A stretch of DNA of 64,000 nt, from contig OZ244065.1 in assembly GCA_965215505.1 (NCBI GenBank), forward strand, positions 2,816,001 through 2,880,000. The letters are read 5' to 3'. The translations under genes and the position numbers were made by a program. Shown piece after piece: positions 10,273 through 20,375 of this stretch. Origin of the DNA: Capsulimonadaceae bacterium. GTDB taxonomy: Bacteria; Armatimonadota; Armatimonadia; Armatimonadales; Capsulimonadaceae. How positions within the stretch are numbered: position 1 is the first letter of the stretch; each line of letters starts with the position of its first letter. A model generated the notes under the pieces. It was not told the origin of the DNA and ran no database searches. It saw only the letters and a program-made list of their open reading frames with translations.

Positions 10273-11783
10273 GCGGCAAGCGCCTCCCGCGCGACGAGGC
10301 GGTCGTCGAAGGGGATGGTCCGGCCCCCGGCAAAGGTCTGCGTCGTCTCGTGTCCCTTGCCGGCGATGACGATGAGGTCGCCGGGCCGGGCCAGGGCACA
10401 CAGGGCCAGTTTGATGGCGGCGTGGCGGTCCACTTCAACGGCGACGTTCGGGTTTTCGCGCCCGCCTTCGATGCCCGCCAGGATATCGGCGACGATGGCG
10501 TCCGGGTTTTCGGAGCGCGGGTTATCGCTGGTCAGCAGGGTCAGGTCAGCAAGCTCGGACGCGATGCGCCCCATCAGCGGGCGCTTCTTGGAGTCCCGGT
10601 CGCCGCCGCAGCCGAAGACGCAGACCAGGCGCGTCGGATTGAGGGCGCGGGCGGAGCGCAGCACGTTCTCCAGACCATCCGAGGTATGGGCGTAGTCCAC
10701 CAGGACGGTGAAGTCGCGGCCCGGCGTCGGCACCAGCTCGAAGCGGCCGGGAACGCCGGTCAGGGCTTCCAAGCCGTTCTTGATTGCCTGGACCGGGACG
10801 CGGCGCAGGAGGGCGACGCCGACGGCGGCCAGGGCGTTCGCGACTTGGAACAGGCCGCCCATTTGCAGGGTGACGGTGAAGGAGACGACGCTGCCCTGGG
10901 GCGGCTGGTAGGAGACGGTGAAGCGCGTGCCGTCCGGCCGCGCCTCGTCTATGGTCGCCCGCAGGGCGGCCTCGGGGCTAGACAGGCCGTAGCGCAGGAC
11001 GGGCCGCCCCGCCGCCTCCAGGGCCTCGATGATGCGCCGCCCGTAAGGGTCGTCGGCGTTGACCACGGCATTGAAGGGCTTGTCGGGGGAGGCGGCCGGG
11101 TACTCGGTGAATAAGCGCAGCTTCTCGGCGAAGTAGGCTTCCATCGTGCCGTGGGCGTCCAGGTGGTCCTGGGTCAGATTAGTGAAGACGCCGGTGTCGA
11201 ACGCGCACCGGGCCGTCCGGCCCATGATGATGCCCTGCGAGGACACCTCCATGACGCAGCGCCGGACATTGGCCTGGACCATGTCGGCGAACAGGCCTTG
11301 CAGGTCCGGGGCCTCGGGCGTGGTCCGCTCCAGCGGGACGGCCCGGCCGCCGATGGTCGCGCCGATGGTGCCGATCAGGCCGGTCTTCTCGCCCAGGGTG
11401 CGGAAGATGCTCTCGATCATGTAGGCCGTGGTCGTCTTGCCGTTGGTGCCGGTGACGCCGATCAGGTCCAACCGCTTGGACGGCTCGCCGTAGAAAGTCG
11501 CGGCGAGCTGCGGCAGCACGTCCCGCGTGCTGAGGACGATGACCAGGGGCAGGCCGTGCGCGCCGTACCAGCTCGCCCGGTCAGCGTGGATCATCAGGGC
11601 GGCCGCGCCCTTGTTCATGGCCTGGGCGATGAAGTCGTGCCCGTCGGAGGCCGCCCCGCGCAGGGCGACGAAGAGCGCGCCGGGCGTCACCTGCCGCGAG
11701 TCATAAGCCAGGCCGGTGACCTCGATGTCCACGCCGGTCTGCTGGGCGTTCGGGATGTGTTCGATGAGCGCGCTGAGTTTCAT
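10263..11783 (-). CDS. murE: UDP-MurNAc-L-Ala-D-Glu--meso-DAP ligase
   Basis: GTNGKTTT, VDYAHT, SDNPRSE (DNPR indicates DAP specificity), AGKGHE. Confidence 0.96.
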   Translation of the reverse strand: MKLSALIEHIPNAQQTGVDIEVTGLAYDSRQVTPGALFVALRGAASDGHDFIAQAMNKGAAALMIHADRASWYGAHGLPLVIVLSTRDVLPQLAATFYGEPSKRLDLIGVTGTNGKTTTAYMIESIFRTLGEKTGLIGTIGATIGGRAVPLERTTPEAPDLQGLFADMVQANVRRCVMEVSSQGIIMGRTARCAFDTGVFTNLTQDHLDAHGTMEAYFAEKLRLFTEYPAASPDKPFNAVVNADDPYGRRIIEALEAAGRPVLRYGLSSPEAALRATIDEARPDGTRFTVSYQPPQGSVVSFTVTLQMGGLFQVANALAAVGVALLRRVPVQAIKNGLEALTGVPGRFELVPTPGRDFTVLVDYAHTSDGLENVLRSARALNPTRLVCVFGCGGDRDSKKRPLMGRIASELADLTLLTSDNPRSENPDAIVADILAGIEGGRENPNVAVEVDRHAAIKLALCALARPGDLIVIAGKGHETTQTFAGGRTIPFDDRLVAREALAACP

Positions 11784-11793
11784 AGACTTGCTT

Positions 11794-13737
11794 CTAGGGG
11801 GTCCCTGCGTCTCCGATGTCCGCCGCGCGCCGCGCCGTCCGGCGTACCGGCGTCCCGTCCGCATCACTCCGCACCGTCTCCCCCATCTTGACCTTGAGCT
11901 GGTCGGCCCAATCCAGAGTCCCCGGCGCGTCGGGGGGAATCTGCATCTGGAACAGGGCCTCACGGGCGATGTCGTGGACGACCGGGGCGGCGACGCTGGC
12001 CCCCCAGTGAATGCCCTGCGGCTCGAAGACGGCGCACAGGATGACCAGGCGCGGGTGCGAGAGCGGGTACAGGCCGACGAACGAGGCCACGAAGTGGCCC
12101 TCCTCGTAGCCGTGCGCGCCGGACACCTGGGCCGAGCCGGTCTTGCCGCCCACCGAGAAGTCGGCGATCTGGGCGGGCCGGCCCGTCCCGGACTGCACGA
12201 CCGTGCCGAGCATGGAGCGGACGGCGGCGGCGACCTGCGGGTCCAGGACGCGGCGCACCGGCGTCGGCGGGACCAGGGTTTCCTTGCCGTCCTTGCGGGT
12301 GGCGCGGATGATGTGCGGGCGCATCAGTACTCCGCCGTTCGCGATGGCACCGTAGGCGGCGGCGAGCTGCATGGGGGTCAGCGAGATGCCCTGGCCGAAG
12401 GCGATGTTGGCGAGCTTGATCTTGGGCCAGCCGACGCCCCCCGTGAAGCGATCGGGGGCGTCGGGCGAGGCGAGGTGCGAGGCGGCCTCGCCGGGCAGGC
12501 CCGACTCGGGCGGGTCCAGGAACCCGAACTTCTGCTCGTACTCGTACAGCTTGGGGGCACCCAAAGCCAGCCCGAACTGGGCCATGCCGACATTGGAGGA
12601 CACGCGCAGGATGCCGCGCAGGTTCTGCTCGCCCAGGTTCCGGGTGAGCGCATCGGCGGCCTCGTGGATGACGCGCTTGCCGATGGGCAGGGTCGGGCTG
12701 CAATAGACGCGCTTGTCCATCATGCCCAAGCCCTGCTCCTGTAGGATGGCGGACGCGGTGATGGTCTTGAGCGTGGACCCCGGCTCGTAGAGGTCCGAAA
12801 CAGCCCCGTTCTTCCAGCGCGCGGCCATTTCCAGTGCGGCGGCTTTAGAAACCCGGTGAGCCGGGCGGGGGGTATTCGGGTTGAAGGCCGGGGCCTGGGA
12901 GAGCGCCAAAATCTCGCCGGTCTGCGGGTCAAGGACAACGACCACGCCGTGGTCTGCGTGGTGGGCGGCGACCGCTTTGGCAAGCGCGTCGTCGGCCACC
13001 CCTTGCAGGCGCGAGTCCAGGGTCGTGATGATGTCCGCGCCGTTCTCGGCCTCGGCCCTCCGCCGTGTCGTGCCGGGCAGGAAGCGGCCGTCCTTGTCTA
13101 TCTCGGCGACCACCTTGCCGTCGTGCCCGCGCAGCAGGGCCTCCTGGCTGTGTTCCAGGCCGGAGATTCCCACGCCGTCGCCGTTCGTAAAGCCAAGGGC
13201 TTGGGCGGCCAGGTCCCCCTCGGGATAGGAGCGGCTGGAGTCGCCGACGGCGTAGATGCCGGCAAGCCCGGTCTTCTTGATGGCCGCCGTCAGGGCCTGG
13301 ACGGGCATGACGGTGGTGGTGCCGGGCAAGGCGAAGTGCCGCTTCAGGGCGACATAGTGGACGCGGGCCGAGCGCGGTGTCAGCAGCCGTTGCAGCCGGG
13401 CCGGGTCGTCATGCAGGATCGGGGCGAGCAGGGCGGCGGCAGCCTCGGGGTCGGGCACTTCCTGGGGGTCGGCGTAGACGGCGGCGGCGGGGACATTGGC
13501 GGCCAGCGACTCGCCGTAGCGGTCCAGGATCAGGCCGCGCCGGGCGGGCAGGAGGCTCTTGCTGACGCGGTAGGCGTCGGCCTGCTTTTGAAAATAGGAG
13601 TGCCGGACGCCTTGAAGGTAGATCAGGCGTCCGGCCAAGGAGAGGTAAAGGACCGCGAAGCAGAGGCACAGGACCGTCGCCCGTGGTTTAATGACCGAAA
13701 GATGGTTGTGTGTCGCCGCCTGCTGTCGTGTCGCCAT
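11794..13737 (-). CDS. ftsI: class B penicillin-binding protein (PBP3/FtsI)
   Basis: RGLILDR, GISGLE, EPGSTLK (SxxK), SSNVG, KTGSAQ motifs. Confidence 0.93.
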   Translation of the reverse strand: MATRQQAATHNHLSVIKPRATVLCLCFAVLYLSLAGRLIYLQGVRHSYFQKQADAYRVSKSLLPARRGLILDRYGESLAANVPAAAVYADPQEVPDPEAAAALLAPILHDDPARLQRLLTPRSARVHYVALKRHFALPGTTTVMPVQALTAAIKKTGLAGIYAVGDSSRSYPEGDLAAQALGFTNGDGVGISGLEHSQEALLRGHDGKVVAEIDKDGRFLPGTTRRRAEAENGADIITTLDSRLQGVADDALAKAVAAHHADHGVVVVLDPQTGEILALSQAPAFNPNTPRPAHRVSKAAALEMAARWKNGAVSDLYEPGSTLKTITASAILQEQGLGMMDKRVYCSPTLPIGKRVIHEAADALTRNLGEQNLRGILRVSSNVGMAQFGLALGAPKLYEYEQKFGFLDPPESGLPGEAASHLASPDAPDRFTGGVGWPKIKLANIAFGQGISLTPMQLAAAYGAIANGGVLMRPHIIRATRKDGKETLVPPTPVRRVLDPQVAAAVRSMLGTVVQSGTGRPAQIADFSVGGKTGSAQVSGAHGYEEGHFVASFVGLYPLSHPRLVILCAVFEPQGIHWGASVAAPVVHDIAREALFQMQIPPDAPGTLDWADQLKVKMGETVRSDADGTPVRRTARRAADIGDAGTP

Positions 13738-14287
13738 TGATCGTCTGCTCCCCGCCTGGGGCCGTCCCCGTCGCCGTCCTGATCCCGTCCTGATCCAGCC
13801 CGCCCTTCACTTTTCGAGGCGCGGCGATGTAACTGACGGGGGTCGAGCCGCGCGGCGTCATGCCCAGGGCGAGGGCCGCCTGGATGACGTGGCTGCGGCT
13901 TTGCAGGAAGTCCCGCCGCGCCCGCAGGCTCTCGTTCTGGAGCTGGTAATGGCGGAGCTGCGTGCGCGCCTCGGCCTGGTCGTAGCCGAGCTGGCTGACG
14001 TGGGCGTAGGCGGCCAGGTACAGCAGCAGCAGGCCGCAGACGATGGCGGTGCAGGTCGTGGCGAAGCCCATCAGGCGCATCTCGGAGCGGCCCAGGCGGG
14101 TCATCCGGGGCCGGGGGGCCGGGCGGCTCTGCGGCAGGCTCTGCTCGGCCTCCAGGGCGGTGTTGCCGATGGCGGAGGGCCGGGCCGTGGCGCGCGCGGC
14201 GAGGCGGGCGCTGCCGGCGGAGCGGTGCGGGAGGGCGTCCATGCGGCGCGTCCGGTTCGGGTTCGGCGGCGTTCTCGTTTCCAGCAT
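13688..14287 (-). CDS. ftsL: FtsL-like cell division protein
   Basis: TM followed by leucine-zipper-like coiled coil and ALALGM; syntenic between rsmH and ftsI. Confidence 0.6.
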   Translation of the reverse strand: MLETRTPPNPNRTRRMDALPHRSAGSARLAARATARPSAIGNTALEAEQSLPQSRPAPRPRMTRLGRSEMRLMGFATTCTAIVCGLLLLYLAAYAHVSQLGYDQAEARTQLRHYQLQNESLRARRDFLQSRSHVIQAALALGMTPRGSTPVSYIAAPRKVKGGLDQDGIRTATGTAPGGEQTINGDTTAGGDTQPSFGH

Positions 14288-14361
14288 CGCTTTTCCTCTG
14301 TGATCGTTCCTTGCCTGACTCCATCAGAGCGTCTGCGTCAAGATGATTACTAAAGCTTATT

Positions 14362-15303
14362 CTAAAGCTTGCGGGCGGCCCGGAGGCGGGCGCTCCGCGC
14401 GCGCGGGTTGGCGGCGATCTCGACCGGGTTCGGCTCCACGGCCTTGCGGGTCAGCAGGGCGATGACGGCAGGCGGCGGCGTCCCGTACAGGCCCTCGCCC
14501 GCCCCGCGCCCCGACAGCCGGGCGAAGAGCTGCTTGACGATCCGGTCTTCCAGAGAATGATAGGAGAGCGCCGCGATGGTGCCGCCTTTAGCGAGGCGGT
14601 CTACGGCGCTTTCCAGCGCATGTCCGAGAACCGTCAATTCGTCGTTGACCGCGATCCGCAGGGCCTGGAAGGTCCTGGTCGCGGCGTGCTTGTCGCTCGG
14701 CCGGGCGCGGGCCGGAATCGCGGCATGGACCGTGTCCACGAGCTGGCCCACGGTCCGGTACGGCGTCTCCGCCCGCCGCTCGGCGGCGAACCGGGCGATG
14801 CGGGCGGCCCAGTGTTCGTCCGAGTTCTCGCGGATCATCGTCGCAAGCTCGCGCTCCGACAGCCGGTTCAGCAGGTCCGCCGCCGTCGGCCCCCCGCCGG
14901 CCGCGTTCATCCGCATGTCTAAAACCGCGTCCGGGTCTTTGAACGAAAACCCGCGTGCCGGCGTATCCAATTGATAGGACGAGACGCCGAGGTCGAACAG
15001 GACGCCGTCTATCTGTCCGATTCCCAGATCGTCCAGGACCGAACCCAGTTCGTCGAACCGCGCCTGCCGCAGCGTCACCGTCTCACCGAGAGGGGCCAGC
15101 CGCCGCCCCGCTTCGGCCAGGGCATCCGGGTCCTGGTCCAGCCCGACCATCCGCCCGCCCGGCGTGAGCCGCTCCGCCAGGGCGAAGGCATGGCCGCCGC
15201 CGCCGACGGTGCAGTCCAGCAAAATGTTTCCGGGCTGCGGGTCCAGCGCCGCAACGATTTCGTCCCGCATTACGGGTATATGATAGGGCAGAGAATCAGG
15301 CAT
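14362..15303 (-). CDS. rsmH: 16S rRNA m4C1402 methyltransferase
   Basis: HIPVM, DCTVGGGGH, DLGVSSYQLD, FQALRIAVNDEL, NPRARSARLR. Confidence 0.97.
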   Translation of the reverse strand: MPDSLPYHIPVMRDEIVAALDPQPGNILLDCTVGGGGHAFALAERLTPGGRMVGLDQDPDALAEAGRRLAPLGETVTLRQARFDELGSVLDDLGIGQIDGVLFDLGVSSYQLDTPARGFSFKDPDAVLDMRMNAAGGGPTAADLLNRLSERELATMIRENSDEHWAARIARFAAERRAETPYRTVGQLVDTVHAAIPARARPSDKHAATRTFQALRIAVNDELTVLGHALESAVDRLAKGGTIAALSYHSLEDRIVKQLFARLSGRGAGEGLYGTPPPAVIALLTRKAVEPNPVEIAANPRARSARLRAARKL

Positions 15304-15304
15304 T

Positions 15305-15739
15305 TCAGGCGATGCCCAGCTCGCGCGCCGACTCGGAGATCATTTCCGCCGTCAGGTCCTCGTTGTAGCGCTCCCAGGACTCGGCGCTCCAGATCTCGAT
15401 CCGGGCACCGGTCCCGACGATCACGACATCGCCCTGCTCGCCGATCTTGGCGTACAGACGCAGCTTGATCGGGATGGCGACGCGCCCCTGCCCGTCCACG
15501 CTGACCTCCGTGGAGGTGAAAAACCGCTGGAGCCGCATCGTGTGTTCGTCGAGCTGCTTCTGGCGGGAGAACGTCTCGCTCAAGTCCTTGTAGGCCGCAT
15601 CGGTGTAGACGAAGATGCAGCCGCCCATGCCCTTGGTCATGTAGAAGCGCTCGCCCAGCGAAGAGCGGAACCGGGTGGGGATGATGACGCGGCCTTTGTC
15701 GTCCACGCTGTGGTCGAATTCACCCTGAAAAACCACCAT
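15305..15739 (-). CDS. mraZ: division/cell wall cluster repressor MraZ
   Basis: FQGEFDHSVDDKGRV, DGQGRV, RIEIWS. Start is ATG 15739 or GTG 15736. Confidence 0.96.
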   Translation of the reverse strand: MVVFQGEFDHSVDDKGRVIIPTRFRSSLGERFYMTKGMGGCIFVYTDAAYKDLSETFSRQKQLDEHTMRLQRFFTSTEVSVDGQGRVAIPIKLRLYAKIGEQGDVVIVGTGARIEIWSAESWERYNEDLTAEMISESARELGIA

Positions 15740-15807
15740 TCCTCCACTCGGATGCCACTTGCCACCACTTAGGTACAACTATACGGCATGACGCCGGTTT
15801 TTGTCAA
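15733..15807 (-). promoter_or_regulatory. dcw promoter (TTGACA-18bp-TATAGT) with MraZ operator repeats
   Basis: On the minus strand TTGACA at 15807-15802 and TATAGT at 15783-15778. AGTGG repeats at 15769, 15759 and 15748 (10-11 bp period), typical of MraZ GTGG boxes. Confidence 0.8.
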
Positions 15808-16029
15808 GGGCAGGGGGAAGTTTTTTCAGTTTATTTTGTGGGGCAGTTTACTCTAGATGTTGGGGCCGCGCGTCGCGAGACACCAAATGTGGGGTCATCC
15901 GCGCCTCCGGCGAGGCTTCTGAGACGATGTGCAGCCCGGATTACATATGGGACGCGCCCCCACTTTGGCGAGTCGGGAAGTGGAAGTTGGAGGCTGTGGG
16001 AGTCAGAGGAGGGCTAAGGCTATTGCAAG

Positions 16030-17511
16030 CTATGACTTCTTGATGAAGTAGAGAATAACTCCAATGATTAAGGCTCCCACGAAGATTGCTGGCAAAGCAG
16101 CAACCAGCAGTTGTACAAGTAGTGGTAACAAAGCGATCAAAATCACAACGCCGATAATCTTTAGCAGACAGCTACCACCGAACAAAGATGTTCCAGCAGA
16201 ACTAGGCGAAGACGTGGCTTGTGGACGCGCCACACCGTCAAGCCGTGGAGGAGGCGTGACATAGGGAGAAGGGGGTTGGAGCACAGAAACGCGGGAGGAA
16301 TTTTCGGTAGAGGCAGCAGTGGATTTTCCCAACTCTTTGTTAAGGATATCATTGAGCAGATGTAAGAACTCGGATTTGTGGAAAGCGAGATTCGGATAGG
16401 ATTGAACGATGCGACGAAACATCGCCTGCGAGGCTGGCGGGTTTTGGATAATGTCGCCGACAATCTCTTCGAGGTTGTCTTCTCGCTCCTGCTCTGTCAC
16501 CTCATCATCATGATCAAGATATTGGGAATACACATACGCTTTAAGCGGGCGACTGACCTGGTCGTCATCCAGGACTCGCAGAGCATCCGCGTGCGCCCCC
16601 ATGATCATTCCAGCTTTTTTAACATTCTCCAGCAAGTCGGAATCGTTCACCAATGAAATACTAACGCAGTTCAGGACTTCATAAGCGCCCGTATAGGCAT
16701 TCGCGTCAAAAAAATCTACGGCAAGGTTATAGATACACGCCATTGCTGAGTTGGCTGCGCCCACATCGCCCACCGGAATGATGGCTCGGATGCGTCGGGT
16801 CGTTCGCGCTATTTCTACGGTGTTTTGTTCAACGACATGAAGTTTGAGTAACTCCAACAAAGTCCCTTGGTCTTTCAGGCTTTCAACTCCATCAAGTTGT
16901 ATCGCCTGCTCTAAAATTTCAACAGCCTGTGATGGGTCCCCCAAGTCACGATAGATGCGTGAAAGTAAAAAATAAACGTCCTGATCTTTAGGCGTGAGTG
17001 TCAGGAGAAGTTGTGCTTCCTGCTCGGCCTCGGCATTCTTATCCTGAAGCCATAGGCACCGACTGAGTTGAAACTTCAGCAAGGCGTCCTCGGGAAACAC
17101 CCCTATCAGGCGGCGAACCTCGGTTTCAGCGTTAACGAATTCCCTCGCGCTCATGAAAGCGACCACGAGGTGGCGGCGAGGCATGGACAATTCAGGCGCG
17201 ATAACAACCGCCTGCTTACAGAGCCGAACAGCAAACAGAGGATCGTCTTCAATGACCTCCATAGCCTGGTCTATTAAGGCATTGATCTGGTCGCCATGGC
17301 GGCGCATTAGATCATACTCCTGGCGTCGTCGCGGGTCGCCTAATATATCGCGGGCTTCGTTGAAGCGGCTAAAATCTTCGGGGTAATCCTCTGGGCGGAA
17401 CTTACGGACAAGACGAAAGTAAGCCTTCTTGATTTCCTCTGGCGTGGCGGTTTCGGTTACGCCCAAAGTTTCGTACAGCGTTTCGGCTGGTGTGTCACTA
17501 TTATCACTCAT
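16030..17511 (-). CDS. J-domain (DnaJ-like) + TPR protein with C-terminal TM helices
   Basis: LYETLGV...EIKKAYFRLVRKFRPE (HPD replaced by RPE)...FSRFNEARDILGDPRRRQEYD, then TPR-like helices, a Ser/Pro linker and a hydrophobic C-terminus. Confidence 0.8.
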   Translation of the reverse strand: MSDNSDTPAETLYETLGVTETATPEEIKKAYFRLVRKFRPEDYPEDFSRFNEARDILGDPRRRQEYDLMRRHGDQINALIDQAMEVIEDDPLFAVRLCKQAVVIAPELSMPRRHLVVAFMSAREFVNAETEVRRLIGVFPEDALLKFQLSRCLWLQDKNAEAEQEAQLLLTLTPKDQDVYFLLSRIYRDLGDPSQAVEILEQAIQLDGVESLKDQGTLLELLKLHVVEQNTVEIARTTRRIRAIIPVGDVGAANSAMACIYNLAVDFFDANAYTGAYEVLNCVSISLVNDSDLLENVKKAGMIMGAHADALRVLDDDQVSRPLKAYVYSQYLDHDDEVTEQEREDNLEEIVGDIIQNPPASQAMFRRIVQSYPNLAFHKSEFLHLLNDILNKELGKSTAASTENSSRVSVLQPPSPYVTPPPRLDGVARPQATSSPSSAGTSLFGGSCLLKIIGVVILIALLPLLVQLLVAALPAIFVGALIIGVILYFIKKS

Positions 17512-18653
17512 GGGTTATCCCCTGGCCGGGTGTGAGTGGCCTGTTTTGTTGCGCGGATAAGAAGACGACGGGCGGGGGGCGCTACGCCGCTCCCCCACCC
17601 GAGGCGAGCCGCCGCCGAGGCGAAATGAGCGGCAAGCCCGTAGTGACGCAAGGAGTAGGCGCGGGCGGCAGTATGCAGCCAGCGGCGGGCCTGACGCAGA
17701 TCAGCGCGACGCCGGCTGCGCCCGAGTTGCCGTTGCAGATCGTCAGGAAAAGGAACATCGGCCCCCTTCGTGTGTACAGGAGTAGGAGCAGATGACACTG
17801 AATGAGGAGGCGTAGGAAGTATGATGGGATGAGGCAAGGGAGGCATCGGCGACGGCCGCAATTCGGTCATGGTTACCGGTGGGGTCTGTGTCCCAATCCG
17901 ACCGCCCACGAATCCTAACATCAGACTAACCGCCGCGAAGCCCACCCCTACAAGTTTTAGTGTTCGAGTACCCGGCGGGGTTTTCTGAAAGTTGTCCGTA
18001 ACATTAGGTGATGGGGGGCGTTGTGCGGCCACATCGGCTACCAATTCCCCATGCCAACGTATCAGATCCGGCTCTTCGGGTGCGGAGTCTAGGCCGACGC
18101 GGCAGGCCCGCAATGCATCCTCCGTCTGGCCCGCGCCGTTTAGGCTGAGAACATTCAACTTGCGCGCCGGCATCAGCCACGGGGCCACGTCAAGGCAAGC
18201 CTCAGTGGCTTTTACAGCCTCCGGCCAGCGCGCCGCCAGCGCCGCCTCTAGCGCACCTTTATAGGTCTGCGTGAGAGTAACCGGTGTGGCGTCATGCCGC
18301 GCCAGTTCTTCCTGCCAAGTTACGGGTAACCCTGCGATCGAAACACGTTCCCAATCGCCGGTAACAGCAGCGCATAGGGCTTCGAGACGGTCCAGTGCCT
18401 CATGCCGCAGGCCGAGGCCGCGCGCTGTCAGGATGCCCGTCCGCGCGTCTGCGTACCGTCCTTGTAGAGCGGCTTCCCGTGCCCGATCGTACTCGGCACA
18501 GGCCGATGCCAATAGAGAATTGACATCGGCTTGTTCCAAGCCACACTTCGGGCAGCGCCCGACGGAGTCCCATGGCAGGCCGTCGTCCGGACAGGCAGGG
18601 GTGGGAACAAGCGCATTAAGGAAGTGAGATGGGGAAGTCGCACCTAGAGTCAT
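17508..18653 (-). CDS. Zn-ribbon + TPR membrane protein
   Basis: CPDD...CPKCG, TPR-like helices, TM (LVGVGFAAVSLMLGFVGG), Pro-rich linker. 4-bp overlap with the J-domain gene. Confidence 0.65.
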   Translation of the reverse strand: MTLGATSPSHFLNALVPTPACPDDGLPWDSVGRCPKCGLEQADVNSLLASACAEYDRAREAALQGRYADARTGILTARGLGLRHEALDRLEALCAAVTGDWERVSIAGLPVTWQEELARHDATPVTLTQTYKGALEAALAARWPEAVKATEACLDVAPWLMPARKLNVLSLNGAGQTEDALRACRVGLDSAPEEPDLIRWHGELVADVAAQRPPSPNVTDNFQKTPPGTRTLKLVGVGFAAVSLMLGFVGGRIGTQTPPVTMTELRPSPMPPLPHPIILPTPPHSVSSAPTPVHTKGADVPFPDDLQRQLGRSRRRADLRQARRWLHTAARAYSLRHYGLAAHFASAAARLGWGSGVAPPARRLLIRATKQATHTRPGDNP

Positions 18654-18655
18654 TG

Positions 18656-20344
18656 TCAGGACAGCTCAAATAAAAGGTCGGTCAGTGTGTCTAAGCGGCG
18701 CTCCACTTCGGGCTTGTCACCGGCAGCGAGGGCAGAACGCAAACGGTCCGCCGCTTCTTGCAAGCGGGGAGCCTGTGCCGGAAGTTCTTGTTGCTTCTGT
18801 TTAGCCTGTTCCAGCAGGGGCGAACAGCGCTTGGCATCATCCGAACTTTGCCAGAGATTATCCAGGTTCAGTCTAGACGCTTGCATCTCAGTGGGATCGA
18901 CCCGCCCTACCACTGAGAACTGCCCGTCAACCTTGATTTCTGGAGCTAAGATGCACCACGCAGAAGCGTCCAGCGTCCCATCCAGCGTATAACGGAATTC
19001 GATTCGGAGAGGCTGTCCGGCCGGCGCGCGTGGGATGTTGTCCAGAGGCATCTCGCCGATTAGCCGATGGTCACCGCAAGAATCACTATCATTAGTCGCT
19101 TCAAATATTCGGACCATGATCGCCTCCTGACCATCGTAAAGCGTTTCATAATCACTCGACTTGAAGGCAGGCAGCTTGTCATCTTTGGGGATGATCTCGC
19201 TGAACTGATCATCGAGAATTCGGACCCCCAGACGATGCGGCGCATTGTCGAGAATCATGATGCCATCATCAGCGAATTCGCGCGCCTCAATGCCTGCGGC
19301 GATGGCCGCTCCCCGCGCGACCGCCTCATCGGGATTATCGTACTCCTGGAGTTTTCGGCCCCAGCGTCGTTCCAGTTCACGGCGAAAAACGGGGATGCGA
19401 CTGGAACCGCCGACCGGCAGAATCACATCAATGTCATTGTAAGTTAGTTGTGCGCGCTTCAGAGCCTCATCCACCAACCGCATTGCCCGATCCAGCATCG
19501 CAGCCAGAAGGATTTCAAACTCACCAAGTAGCATGGTCAGTCCCACGAGGCGACCTTCCAGAAGGTAAGGAACATCCATCGTCGTGGAGGTCATTGTGGA
19601 TAAACGCTTCTTGTTCTCCTCGGCGAACTGCTTCAAGACCTGCCGGTCACGGAGATTCCCTTCCGGGAACATCTTCCCATTCTGCGTGAAGTATTGACGC
19701 TCGTAATAGCGCTCAAGCAACGCATCTACATCTTTGCCGCCTAAGCGGTCATCACCGACGGACGTTTTAACATCCAGAACTCCCTCGAACATCTCGAGGA
19801 TGGTAACATCCAGTGTGCCACCGCCGAAGTCAAAGACGAGGACTTTCTGCTCATCCTCCAGGTGATCCAATCCATACGAGAGGGCGGCGGCGGTTGGCTC
19901 GTTGATGAGACGGACCACGTTCAAACCGGCCAACTCGGCGGCGCGTTTGGTGGCTTCACGCGCGGGATTGTCAAAACGGGCAGGAACGGAAATGACGACA
20001 TCTTGAACGGCACCAGGACCGAGTCTGGCTTCAGCCGCTTCCTTGAGGTAACGCAGGATGAAGTGAGAAATTTCTTCCGGTCGAAACGTCTTCTCGCCAA
20101 GCGTGATGACTTGGTCAGTGCCCATCATCCGCTTGACTTCCTGCGCTGTTCTGTCGACGTAGGTGATTGCACCGCTCTTAGCGATTGTGCCGACGATTAT
20201 TTGCCCATCTGGCTGAAGTTGCACCACGCTGGGTATGATGCGGTCCCCCTGGGCGTCTTGTAGCAGCTCTGGTCGTCCGTTTCGTAACACAGCGATTTCC
20301 GATGTTGAGGTGCCTAAATCAATTCCAATGATCGGTTTGTCCAT
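18656..20344 (-). CDS. Hsp70-family chaperone (non-canonical DnaK/HscC-like)
   Basis: GIDLGTSTS, LINEPTAAAL, DFGGGTLDV, LGGKDVD, VGGSSRIP, NPDEAVARGAA. Confidence 0.93.
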   Translation of the reverse strand: MDKPIIGIDLGTSTSEIAVLRNGRPELLQDAQGDRIIPSVVQLQPDGQIIVGTIAKSGAITYVDRTAQEVKRMMGTDQVITLGEKTFRPEEISHFILRYLKEAAEARLGPGAVQDVVISVPARFDNPAREATKRAAELAGLNVVRLINEPTAAALSYGLDHLEDEQKVLVFDFGGGTLDVTILEMFEGVLDVKTSVGDDRLGGKDVDALLERYYERQYFTQNGKMFPEGNLRDRQVLKQFAEENKKRLSTMTSTTMDVPYLLEGRLVGLTMLLGEFEILLAAMLDRAMRLVDEALKRAQLTYNDIDVILPVGGSSRIPVFRRELERRWGRKLQEYDNPDEAVARGAAIAAGIEAREFADDGIMILDNAPHRLGVRILDDQFSEIIPKDDKLPAFKSSDYETLYDGQEAIMVRIFEATNDSDSCGDHRLIGEMPLDNIPRAPAGQPLRIEFRYTLDGTLDASAWCILAPEIKVDGQFSVVGRVDPTEMQASRLNLDNLWQSSDDAKRCSPLLEQAKQKQQELPAQAPRLQEAADRLRSALAAGDKPEVERRLDTLTDLLFELS

Positions 20345-20375
20345 TTTTGTTGAACCTCTTCAAACAATGTGCGAC

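Noticed and set aside
18656-20344. Calling the Hsp70 the housekeeping dnaK
   Set aside because: Divergent motifs, atypical codon usage, and no hrcA, CIRCE or canonical dnaJ seen.
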